Of a stretch of 64,000 nt of DNA, positions 18,702 through 26,834 are shown piece by piece. The notes beneath the pieces were generated by a model. The model was not told the origin of the DNA. It did no database searches and saw nothing but the letters and a program-made list of their open reading frames with translations. The stretch is taken from positions 123-64,122 of the forward strand of contig CALIIC010000027.1 of assembly GCA_938020445.1 (NCBI GenBank), written 5' to 3'. A program made the translations under genes and the position numbers. The stretch comes from an uncultured Flavobacteriaceae bacterium. GTDB taxonomy: Bacteria; Bacteroidota; Bacteroidia; Flavobacteriales; Flavobacteriaceae. Every line of letters begins with the position of its first letter. Position 1 is the stretch's first letter.

Positions 18702-19751
18702 ATGAAAAAGCTTATCCAACCTACGCTTATGGTATGTGTGATCCTTGTTTTAGCAGGATGTAGCGCTACGAATCAACTGACCATGGGAGCCGTTGAACCC
18801 GCGCGTGTTCATATTCCTACCGATGTTTCAAAAATTGGTATTGTCAATCGTAGTGTCCCCTCGGAAGGAAACAAAACGGTCGATAAAATAGACAAAATTC
18901 TTTCTTTGGAAGGGTTAAACCTTGATAAGGAAGGTGCAGAAGCTGCTGTGTTAGGACTGTCCGATGAATTGGAAAGAAGTGAGCGTTTTGAAGCGATCAA
19001 AATCATAGAAAGCAGTGAATTGGAGCGAAAGGGACTTGGCGTTTTTCCGGCAGCATTGAGCTGGAAAGCAGTAGAATCCATCTGTGAAGCCAATGACGTA
19101 GAAGTGCTCTTTTCTCTTGAATTGTATGATACCGACACGAAAGTAGATTATCAAACTGCCATGGTGAAGATACCGAACAATTTGGGTATTAAGGCTGAAG
19201 TCCCAGGGCATAAAGTGACTATAAATACGGCAATCAAAAGTGGTTGGAGGGTATACGATCCCCATACCAAAACCATTATCGATGCGATTACTGCGAACGA
19301 TTATATTACATCAAGGGGAGAAGGAATTAACCCAATGAAAGCGGTAGAAGCGGTAATTGGGAGGAAAGAAGCGGTATTGCAGCAGAGTACGTTTAGTGGA
19401 AATGCCTACGCGAAAGAAACACGGCCCCGCAGGAAACGAATTTCGCGGGATTATTTTGTGAAAGGCACCAATAATTTTGAGATTGCCCAGCGCAGAGCGC
19501 AAACAGGCGATTGGAAAGGAGCAGCGGACCTATGGGAGAAAGAAGTGACAAACTCGGACCCGAAAATTGCAGGACGCGCTTGTTATAACATGGCGATTAG
19601 CAATGAAATCAATGGAGATTTGAACAAAGCTGTTGAGTGGGCTTCAAAATCGTACAGCGATTACGAAATCAACGAAGCACTAAGATATCTAAACCTACTT
19701 CGAAGAAGAGTAGCAGAGAAAGAGCAGCTACGACAGCAAGAAGCAAGGTAA
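18702..19751 (+). CDS. DUF6340-like lipoprotein with C-terminal TPR-like helices
   Basis: Lipobox LAGC; C-terminal RACYNMAISNEINGDLNKAVEWA. Confidence 0.7.
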   Translation: MKKLIQPTLMVCVILVLAGCSATNQLTMGAVEPARVHIPTDVSKIGIVNRSVPSEGNKTVDKIDKILSLEGLNLDKEGAEAAVLGLSDELERSERFEAIKIIESSELERKGLGVFPAALSWKAVESICEANDVEVLFSLELYDTDTKVDYQTAMVKIPNNLGIKAEVPGHKVTINTAIKSGWRVYDPHTKTIIDAITANDYITSRGEGINPMKAVEAVIGRKEAVLQQSTFSGNAYAKETRPRRKRISRDYFVKGTNNFEIAQRRAQTGDWKGAADLWEKEVTNSDPKIAGRACYNMAISNEINGDLNKAVEWASKSYSDYEINEALRYLNLLRRRVAEKEQLRQQEAR

Positions 19752-19765
19752 ATAATAATATTGGT

Positions 19766-19796
19766 AGCCTCGCATTCAAAATGCGAGGCTTTTTTT
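19766..19796 (+). terminator. Intrinsic terminator
   Basis: AGCCTCGCATT-CAA-AATGCGAGGCT followed by a T-tract. Confidence 0.75.
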
Positions 19797-21105
19797 ATCC
19801 AACAGCTTCTTTATAAACTTTTAAACACCGTTCCCTGGCCATTTTATGATCTACCATGGGCACAGGGTAGGTGAGTTCCTGTAAGTCGCTCACCCAGTGT
19901 TGTATGTATTCTTTTTGTTTGTCAAATTTATCAATTTGGGTAGTCGGATTAAAAATACGAAAATAAGGAGCTGCGTCTACGCCACTGCCGGCAGCCCATT
20001 GCCAATTGCCTATGTTGGCGCTTAAATCAAAATCCAACAGCTTTTCTGCAAAATAGGCTTCTCCCCAGCGCCAATCGATCAATAGGTGTTTGCAAAGAAA
20101 ACTGGCAACCAACATTCGAACCCGATTGTGCATATAACCAGTAGTGTTTAATTCACGCATTCCTGCATCGACCAATGGGTATCCCGTTTCCCCCTTTTTC
20201 CATTTTTCAAATTCCATCTCATTGTTTCGCCATTCTACCCGGTCGTATTTGGGGCGGAATGAGCTGTTTACGGTATGGGGAAAATGCCATAAGATCTGCA
20301 TGAAAAATTCACGCCAAATCAATTCGCTCCAAAATACTTCGTTCTCTTCAGCAATGGCAAGGGTCATCATTTGCCGCACAGAAACAGTACCAAAACGCAA
20401 ATGGGGCCCCAAGCGGGAGGTGCCATTTTTTATTGCAGGAAAATTACGGGTTGCCTCATAATTATTGATTAAACTTGGTGTTGCGGTATAGTCGGGAACC
20501 GTTATGGCAGCAGTTACAAACCCCATGTCTGCAAGGGACAGAAATGGAATCGAAGTCGACGTGTATAGATTTTCTAAATGGTTTTCGCTCGCGTTGTGCT
20601 TTATATCGCGTTCAGGTTTAAAAAGCGCCTTCCATTTGTTTTTATATGGGGTATAAACTACATAAGGAGTACCATCGTCTTTTACGACATCGCTTTTTTC
20701 AAAAATTACCTGATCTTTAAAAGTTTTAAATGCCACATTTTTACCTTTCAAAAACACTTCGATGGCCGTATCTCTTTCTTTGGCATATGGTTCATAATCA
20801 TGATTGGTGTATACTTCCTGAACCGAATACCGATTCATAAGTTTTGTGAAAATTGCCATTGGGTTCCCATGGTACAACCCGATAGCACTTCCATGTTCTG
20901 CCCTTAGCCGCGTATTCATTTTTCCGAGCGAACTGTGAATAAAAGATACTCTAGCATCATCTTTTGACAACTTTTCCAGTATTTCTTTGTCAAAAATAAA
21001 AATGGGCAGCACTTTGTAACCACTCTCTAAAGCGGCTAAAAGTGCCGTATTATCTTCCAAACGCAGGTCCCTTCGAAACCAAAAAATGACGATGTCTTTA
21101 TTCAT
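19795..21105 (-). CDS. phrB: Deoxyribodipyrimidine photolyase (cryptochrome/photolyase family)
   Basis: WFRRDLRLEDN, TSRLGPHLRFG, ELIWREFF, MHNRVRM, NIGNWQW. Confidence 0.95.
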   Translation of the reverse strand: MNKDIVIFWFRRDLRLEDNTALLAALESGYKVLPIFIFDKEILEKLSKDDARVSFIHSSLGKMNTRLRAEHGSAIGLYHGNPMAIFTKLMNRYSVQEVYTNHDYEPYAKERDTAIEVFLKGKNVAFKTFKDQVIFEKSDVVKDDGTPYVVYTPYKNKWKALFKPERDIKHNASENHLENLYTSTSIPFLSLADMGFVTAAITVPDYTATPSLINNYEATRNFPAIKNGTSRLGPHLRFGTVSVRQMMTLAIAEENEVFWSELIWREFFMQILWHFPHTVNSSFRPKYDRVEWRNNEMEFEKWKKGETGYPLVDAGMRELNTTGYMHNRVRMLVASFLCKHLLIDWRWGEAYFAEKLLDFDLSANIGNWQWAAGSGVDAAPYFRIFNPTTQIDKFDKQKEYIQHWVSDLQELTYPVPMVDHKMARERCLKVYKEAVG

Positions 21106-21267
21106 ATATTAGATGATTTTACTTCTCTCAAATAACTATTTAAAGTGCGTTGAACACCCAGAGAATAGTTGGTGACCAGCATCGTTTGAATTTGGAACTT
21201 AACATTTACATCGAGCTTCCGACTTTTAAGTTTGTATTTGACATTTGTGTTTGAATTTATTTTTTTT

Positions 21268-21365
21268 CATCTAACATCTAACATCTAACATCTAACATCT
21301 AACATCTAACATCTAACATCTAACATCTAACATCTAACATCTAACATCTGGCATCTAACATCTAA
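21268..21365. repeat. Heptamer tandem repeat (CATCTAA) x14 (11 perfect, 1 variant CATCTGG, 2 perfect)
   Basis: Read directly; last unit contains the SDR stop codon. Confidence 0.97.
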
Positions 21366-22051
21366 CCCACATTCAAAGTACCAATTCCGCCATCAACACC
21401 AACCACTTGCCCCGTCATCCAACTACTTTTATCGCTAAGTAAAAATAGGGCAATATTGCCTATGTCCGTTGCAATACCTACACGTTTAAGAGGATGTCGT
21501 TCCGCCATTAGTTCCCGCTTCCGGTCATTGCTCAACAAACGTCCTGCCAAGGGCGTATCTACCAAGGAAGGTGCGACCACGTTTACACGTACTTTTGGTG
21601 CGTATTCGGCGGCCATCGATTTGGCAAAGCCTTCAATGGCACCTTTGGCAGCGGCAACACTGGTATGAAAAGGCATTCCCGTACCAACCGCCACGGTGCT
21701 AAAGAATACCATACTACCACCGTGGGCCATTTTTGGAATAATTACTTTTACTACTTTTACTAAAGAGAAGAAGTTTACCTCCATGTCTTGTTGAAAGGTT
21801 TCCAAAGACAGCATTTTAAATGGTTTTAAATTGATGCTACCAGGGCAGTATACAAAACCATCTAACTGCTCTGGAAGTAGGTTCGTATCAAGATCATCTG
21901 TCAATACATCAAAAGGTATATGGGTCACATTAAGCGATGCAAGTTCTTCTGAAGTGCGGGAAGCAATAAAAACGGTGTGTTCCTTGGAAAGTTCCTTCGC
22001 CATTGCAAAACCAATTCCGTGGGATCCGCCAATTAATAAAATATTTTTCAT
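21362..22051 (-). CDS. SDR family oxidoreductase
   Basis: GGSHGIG Rossmann motif; VNVVAPS; WMTGQVVGVDGG. Confidence 0.92.
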   Translation of the reverse strand: MKNILLIGGSHGIGFAMAKELSKEHTVFIASRTSEELASLNVTHIPFDVLTDDLDTNLLPEQLDGFVYCPGSINLKPFKMLSLETFQQDMEVNFFSLVKVVKVIIPKMAHGGSMVFFSTVAVGTGMPFHTSVAAAKGAIEGFAKSMAAEYAPKVRVNVVAPSLVDTPLAGRLLSNDRKRELMAERHPLKRVGIATDIGNIALFLLSDKSSWMTGQVVGVDGGIGTLNVG

Positions 22052-22055
22052 AAGT

Positions 22056-22556
22056 TTATTGTATAGATTTTATTTCTAAAGTTGTGTTATGGGCCGGTAA
22101 GGAGCCAAAAAGTTCCGTTAGCTTCTGCTCCCGATGCGAAAAAATCTGTTTTAGTTGTTTTTTTACAATTAAGGGATGCGCCAATCGACCCAAAATACCA
22201 AAAGGAATCTTGTAATCAATGCAATCCTCCATAAGCACACCACCGTCGATTTCCTTAATAAAATGCTTATGATGCCATAGGGAATAAGGCCCAAACAACT
22301 GTTTGTCAACAAAATATTGTCCTTCTTTTACGGAACTAATTTCGCTCACCCATTTGGTAGTAAAACCGGGAAAGGGAGATACTTTGTATTGTATGATTTG
22401 CCCCTCGTACATAGAACGTTCTGCACCGGAGAGAATATGAAAACCCATATGTTCCGGAGTAATGACCTTGAGGTTGGCTGGGTTCGATAAAAAGTCCCAG
22501 GCAGTTGCTATATCAATTGGAAGCGCTTGACTGGCATTGAGTTGGTATAATTGCAT
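22056..22556 (-). CDS. SRPBCC family protein
   Basis: AWDFLSNPANLKVITP, FVDKQLFGPYSLWHHKH. Confidence 0.9.
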   Translation of the reverse strand: MQLYQLNASQALPIDIATAWDFLSNPANLKVITPEHMGFHILSGAERSMYEGQIIQYKVSPFPGFTTKWVSEISSVKEGQYFVDKQLFGPYSLWHHKHFIKEIDGGVLMEDCIDYKIPFGILGRLAHPLIVKKQLKQIFSHREQKLTELFGSLPAHNTTLEIKSIQ

Positions 22557-22574
22557 GGATAGCGATAGTTTTTA

Positions 22575-22624
22575 CAAAGATAAAGTCATTTTTGTTTAAC
22601 AAAAACATTTATTAGTTAAACAAA
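22575..22624 (-). promoter_or_regulatory. Promoter and operator of the SRPBCC-SDR-photolyase operon
   Basis: -7 TATCTTTG (22582-22575); perfect inverted repeat TTTGTTTAAC-N14-GTTAAACAAA (22591-22624). Confidence 0.6.
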
Positions 22625-22831
22625 CAATAAAATCTCCAGATAGTTAAGAGCAGGCCAGTCGTAGTTTGGCAGCTTTAATTGGAGTTCTACCCATTGGTTC
22701 GTCGTCAATTGAAGTGAATTTTGTACTTTTCGGCAGTTATTTTGCTCTTCCCCTGTCCATATAACCGACTTTATAAACCAGTGTAGATTAATAAAACAGT
22801 TGCCAATGCTTGTGTTTGGAAATAGGATACA

Positions 22832-24025
22832 ATGAAAAGTACGATTTCATATTTACTATTCGTTTTTTACTCAACTGTTCTTTTGGCCCAACAAGAGGTG
22901 CAGACCCTTGGAACACTTCCCGACCTCGTATCCGAAACCTCCGGACTCTTGTTTCATAACGGGAAACTCATTACCCATAACGATTCTGGCAATAGTCCGC
23001 AGTTATACGAGATAGATACCGTGTCACTCGAAATTACACGAACCGTTACCCTGAATAATGCGGAAAATATCGATTGGGAAGATAGCACTCAGGATACGGA
23101 CTATTTCTATATAGGAGATTTCGGAAACAATCTGGGCACTAGAACAGATTTGGTTATTTACCGGATCAGCAAAGAACTTTATAACCAACAAGATGAAATA
23201 ACTGCGGAACGAATCCATTTTTCATATGAAGACCAAACAACATTTGAGGACACTGGTAATAGCGATTGGGATGCGGAAGCTTTGATTGCAATTGAAGATC
23301 AACTACTTGTGTTTACCAAACAGTGGCAATCAAATGGAACAGTGGCCTATACGATCCCGAAAGCCCCTGGTACCCATATAGCTAAGCGTTTGGATTCTTT
23401 TGATACGAAAGGGTTGGTTACAGGGGCGGTCTATAACCCGGAAAGCAGGCTTTTGTACCTAGTGGGGTACAGTGCTATTTTAGATAGTTTTTTGTATCGT
23501 GTGGATGGTGCCTCCAATACAGCGGTTTTTGATGGTGAAATTGAGCAACTATCCACTAATATCGGATTTGCGCAGGTCGAAGCCATCGTTGCAATTGACG
23601 TGGATCGCTATATGATTTCTTCTGAATTGTTCACTCGTGAGAACCCTTTTATTACCTTACAATCTACCCTGTACGCTCTTGGTACAAATGACCGTTCTTA
23701 TACAGATCCGGACCCGAATCCAGATCCAGACCCGGATCCAGATCTAGATCCAGACCCGGATCCAGATCTAGACCCGGACCCTTTGGCAGATGAGTTGATA
23801 CTGTATAGATCAATCGAAGAATCGGTGCTTTGGTATGAAGTTCCTGATTCCGAACTTCTAATTGCTCGTGCTATTTTTGATGTAATGGGAAGGCTTGTAA
23901 CTTATGATACCGGCCCTGGACTGGACACAAAAAACATTGATTTATCAACACTTCCCAAGGGTATTTTTTATATTACATTTTACTTTGGAGATCGAAAAAC
24001 CTCTAGGCCTTTTGCAAACTACTGA
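22832..24025 (+). CDS. Secreted beta-propeller-like protein with Asp-Pro linker and probable T9SS C-terminal sorting domain
   Basis: Signal peptide; ETSGL, THNDSG, DWED, YIGDFGNN; C-terminal IFDVMGR...IDLSTLPKGIFYI. Confidence 0.8.
   Translation: MKSTISYLLFVFYSTVLLAQQEVQTLGTLPDLVSETSGLLFHNGKLITHNDSGNSPQLYEIDTVSLEITRTVTLNNAENIDWEDSTQDTDYFYIGDFGNNLGTRTDLVIYRISKELYNQQDEITAERIHFSYEDQTTFEDTGNSDWDAEALIAIEDQLLVFTKQWQSNGTVAYTIPKAPGTHIAKRLDSFDTKGLVTGAVYNPESRLLYLVGYSAILDSFLYRVDGASNTAVFDGEIEQLSTNIGFAQVEAIVAIDVDRYMISSELFTRENPFITLQSTLYALGTNDRSYTDPDPNPDPDPDPDLDPDPDPDLDPDPLADELILYRSIEESVLWYEVPDSELLIARAIFDVMGRLVTYDTGPGLDTKNIDLSTLPKGIFYITFYFGDRKTSRPFANY
23705..23782 (+). repeat. Coding Asp-Pro repeat including a duplicated 24-bp unit GATCCAGACCCGGATCCAGATCTA
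   Basis: Encodes DPDPNPDPDPDPDLDPDPDPDLDPDP. Confidence 0.85.
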
Positions 24026-24111
24026 TTCCAGAGCGGTTTTATTTAAGAATACCTTAACAGATCTACCTTTGGTTTATCTCTAGTTTTGTGAAAAATTAAA
24101 ACCTAAGTACA

Positions 24112-24957
24112 ATGAAAAAATCAGCACTCTTTTTATTTGCCTTGGCCGTATCTTTTATGGCGCAGGCACAGATCAATACGCCAGCTCCCAGCCCGGCCTC
24201 TAAATTAGAGCAAAAAGTGGGACTTACCGATGTGACGGTCGAATACTCAAGACCTTCTATGCGTGGGCGAACCATTTTTGGAGATTTAGTTCCTTTTGAC
24301 AAATTATGGCGCACCGGTGCCAATGGGTATACATTGGTTTCTTTTAGCAATGATGTGAAGATTGACGGGCAGGATGTTAAAGCGGGTACCTATTCAATGT
24401 TTACAAAGCCAGGAGCTACTTCTTGGGAGGTGTTCTTTTATACGGATACACAGGGAGGCGGAACTCCAAGAGATTGGGATGAGAGCAAAATAGTTGCTAA
24501 AACCACTGCAAAGGTATTCCCAATTGAAATGCCGGTAGAAACCTTTACCATTACCATTGATGATTTAACGAATAATGGAGCTGTCATTGGTATTATTTGG
24601 GAAAAAACATATGTGGGAGTGAAGTTCGAAGTACCAACCGATACTGCCGTAATGGGGGCTATTGAAAAAACAATGGCTGGTCCGGGAGCAGGAGATTATT
24701 ATACTGCTGCGGTATATTATGCCAATGAAGGAAAAGACATTGGGAAGGCAAAAGAATGGATGGAAAAAGCCATGTCAATGACCAAAGAGCCTCGTTTTTG
24801 GCAGCTACGTCAGCAGTCATTGATTTATGCGAAAGCCGGTGATAAAAAATCTGCTATCGAAACCGCCAAGAAATCATTGGCAGGTGCTAAGGAAGCCGGA
24901 AATGATGATTATGTAAAAATGAACACCGATTCATTGAAAGAATGGGGGGCAAAGTAA
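24112..24957 (+). CDS. DUF2911 domain protein
   Basis: PSP...VEYSRPSMRGRTIFGDLVP...WRTGAN. Confidence 0.88.
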   Translation: MKKSALFLFALAVSFMAQAQINTPAPSPASKLEQKVGLTDVTVEYSRPSMRGRTIFGDLVPFDKLWRTGANGYTLVSFSNDVKIDGQDVKAGTYSMFTKPGATSWEVFFYTDTQGGGTPRDWDESKIVAKTTAKVFPIEMPVETFTITIDDLTNNGAVIGIIWEKTYVGVKFEVPTDTAVMGAIEKTMAGPGAGDYYTAAVYYANEGKDIGKAKEWMEKAMSMTKEPRFWQLRQQSLIYAKAGDKKSAIETAKKSLAGAKEAGNDDYVKMNTDSLKEWGAK

Positions 24958-24980
24958 AGGAAATCTAAATTCGAATTAGT

Positions 24981-25010
24981 ACCCTGACAATTTAATTGTC
25001 AGGGTTTTTT
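24981..25010 (+). terminator. Intrinsic terminator
   Basis: ACCCTGACAATT...AATTGTCAGGGT followed by a T-tract. Confidence 0.75.
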
Positions 25011-26731
25011 TATGGCGTTATCGGTGGTTTCTTTAACAAACGATCAAAACCTTCAAAAACAAAAGCAATCGCCATCACCAATGCAGCTCCGATAAAATTC
25101 AACAACAAGTAACTTAGTTGCTCTTCCACATAAATAAAGTTATAGTAGAGCACAAAAATAATGGCTTGGGTAAGCAAGGCGGCAAAAAATACGGCATTGC
25201 CCTTTACGAACTTAAAAAAGAAGGCAAGCAAGAAAATACCCAATACATTCCCATAGAAAATAGAACCTATAATATTCACTAATTGAATAAGATTGTCGAA
25301 CAAATTTGCCACACAGGCAATCAATATCGCAATAATACCCCATAGGAGGGTGAAACCTTTGGAAGCCAGTACATAGTGCTTCTCATTAAATGTACCTGTG
25401 CGATTACGTTTGTAAAGGTCAAGGGCCGATATGGTTCCCAGTGCATTCAGCTCGGAGGCGGTCGAAGACATGGCTGCGGAAAGTATAACTGCCAAAAGCA
25501 AGCCAATTAGACCTTTTGGAAGGTTGTTTAAGATAAAATGGATAAAAACATAGTCTTTATCATTGGTCTCGGCATTGCCATCCGCCTTTTGAATCATTGC
25601 TTTGGCAGCGGCCCTGTTTATGCTGTCTTTTACGTTGATTTTCTGAATGTGTATTTTGGCTTCTTCGACCGCGGTATATTCTTTTAAATCCAAGGCTGCC
25701 GAAAACCTATTTTGAGCAATGCGTTTATCCGCTTCCAATGTTCGCTGCGCGGCTTGCAAGCCTTCATATTCTTCGGCATACTCTGACGCCATGACCGATT
25801 TGGTCGCCGACGGATTAAAATTCAATGGAGCCTCATTGTACTGATAAAAAACAAAAACCATTACCCCGACCAACAAAATAAAAAACTGCATGGGAATCTT
25901 TAAGATGCCATTGAAGATAAGTCCCAACTGGCTTTCTCGAATAGATCTACCTGATAAATACCGTTGTACCTGACTTTGGTCTGTACCGAAGTAGGCGAGC
26001 ATCAAAAAGAAACCACCCGTTACTCCATTCCAAAAATTATAGCGGTTTTGAAGATTGAATTCAAAATCGAGAATATTTAATTTACCACTCGCCCCGGCTA
26101 CTTTCAAAGCCTTACCAAATGTAATGTCGTCTGGTAAAAAGTGTAAAATGAAGAAAAAGGCGATAAACATCCCCGACATGATTACGAACATCTGCTGTTT
26201 TTGGGTAACACTAACCGCTTTTGTACCTCCCGAAACAGTATAAATAATCACCAAAATACCGATGATGACATTCAACGTCAATAGATTCCAACCCAGAATG
26301 GCCGAAAGGATTATAGAAGGGGCAAAAATAGTAATTCCGGCGCCTAGGCCACGTTGAATCAAAAAGAGTACCGCCGCCAAAGAGCGCGTTTTAAGGTCAA
26401 AACGATTTTCTAAAAACTCGTAGGCCGTATATACTTTGAGCTTATGATAAATTGGGATAAATACCAGGCAAATAACAATCATGGCCATCGGTAGCCCAAA
26501 GTAGAATTGAACGAATCCCATGCCGCTATGGAATGCTTGCCCGGGCGTTGACAAAAAAGTAATGGCACTCGCTTGAGTAGCCATTACAGAAAGTCCTATC
26601 GTCCACCACTTGGTGTTTTTCCCACCGCCGACATAGTCTTCAACGCTTTGGCTTCCCCTAGTTTTCCATACACCATAAAATACAATAAACAACAGAGTTC
26701 CCGAAAGAACGATCCAATCGAGTGTTTCCAT
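25010..26731 (-). CDS. Sodium:solute symporter
   Basis: SVMATQASAITFLSTPG, GTDQSQVQRYL, multiple TM helices. Confidence 0.93.
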   Translation of the reverse strand: METLDWIVLSGTLLFIVFYGVWKTRGSQSVEDYVGGGKNTKWWTIGLSVMATQASAITFLSTPGQAFHSGMGFVQFYFGLPMAMIVICLVFIPIYHKLKVYTAYEFLENRFDLKTRSLAAVLFLIQRGLGAGITIFAPSIILSAILGWNLLTLNVIIGILVIIYTVSGGTKAVSVTQKQQMFVIMSGMFIAFFFILHFLPDDITFGKALKVAGASGKLNILDFEFNLQNRYNFWNGVTGGFFLMLAYFGTDQSQVQRYLSGRSIRESQLGLIFNGILKIPMQFFILLVGVMVFVFYQYNEAPLNFNPSATKSVMASEYAEEYEGLQAAQRTLEADKRIAQNRFSAALDLKEYTAVEEAKIHIQKINVKDSINRAAAKAMIQKADGNAETNDKDYVFIHFILNNLPKGLIGLLLAVILSAAMSSTASELNALGTISALDLYKRNRTGTFNEKHYVLASKGFTLLWGIIAILIACVANLFDNLIQLVNIIGSIFYGNVLGIFLLAFFFKFVKGNAVFFAALLTQAIIFVLYYNFIYVEEQLSYLLLNFIGAALVMAIAFVFEGFDRLLKKPPITP

Positions 26732-26833
26732 TTAGGTAAAAGATGACATTAGGTAGCTAAATAACAATAAATACAGTATGTTCAGGATAATGACCAAGGT
26801 GTACTCTTTTTTCCAAACAATTTTGTCGTTCAT
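26732..26833 (-). CDS. Small single-TM protein (33 aa, MNDKIVWKKEYTLVIILNILYLLLFSYLMSSFT), not in ORF track
   Basis: Fills the gap between the deacetylase stop and the symporter start exactly (TAA directly followed by ATG); one hydrophobic helix. Confidence 0.75.
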   Translation of the reverse strand: MNDKIVWKKEYTLVIILNILYLLLFSYLMSSFT

Positions 26834-26834
26834 A

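Noticed and set aside
21268-21365. Tandem array as CRISPR
   Set aside because: 7-bp units with no spacers and no cas genes
22685-22790. Possible LytTR-type direct repeats upstream of the T9SS cargo gene
   Set aside because: Repeats too degenerate to support
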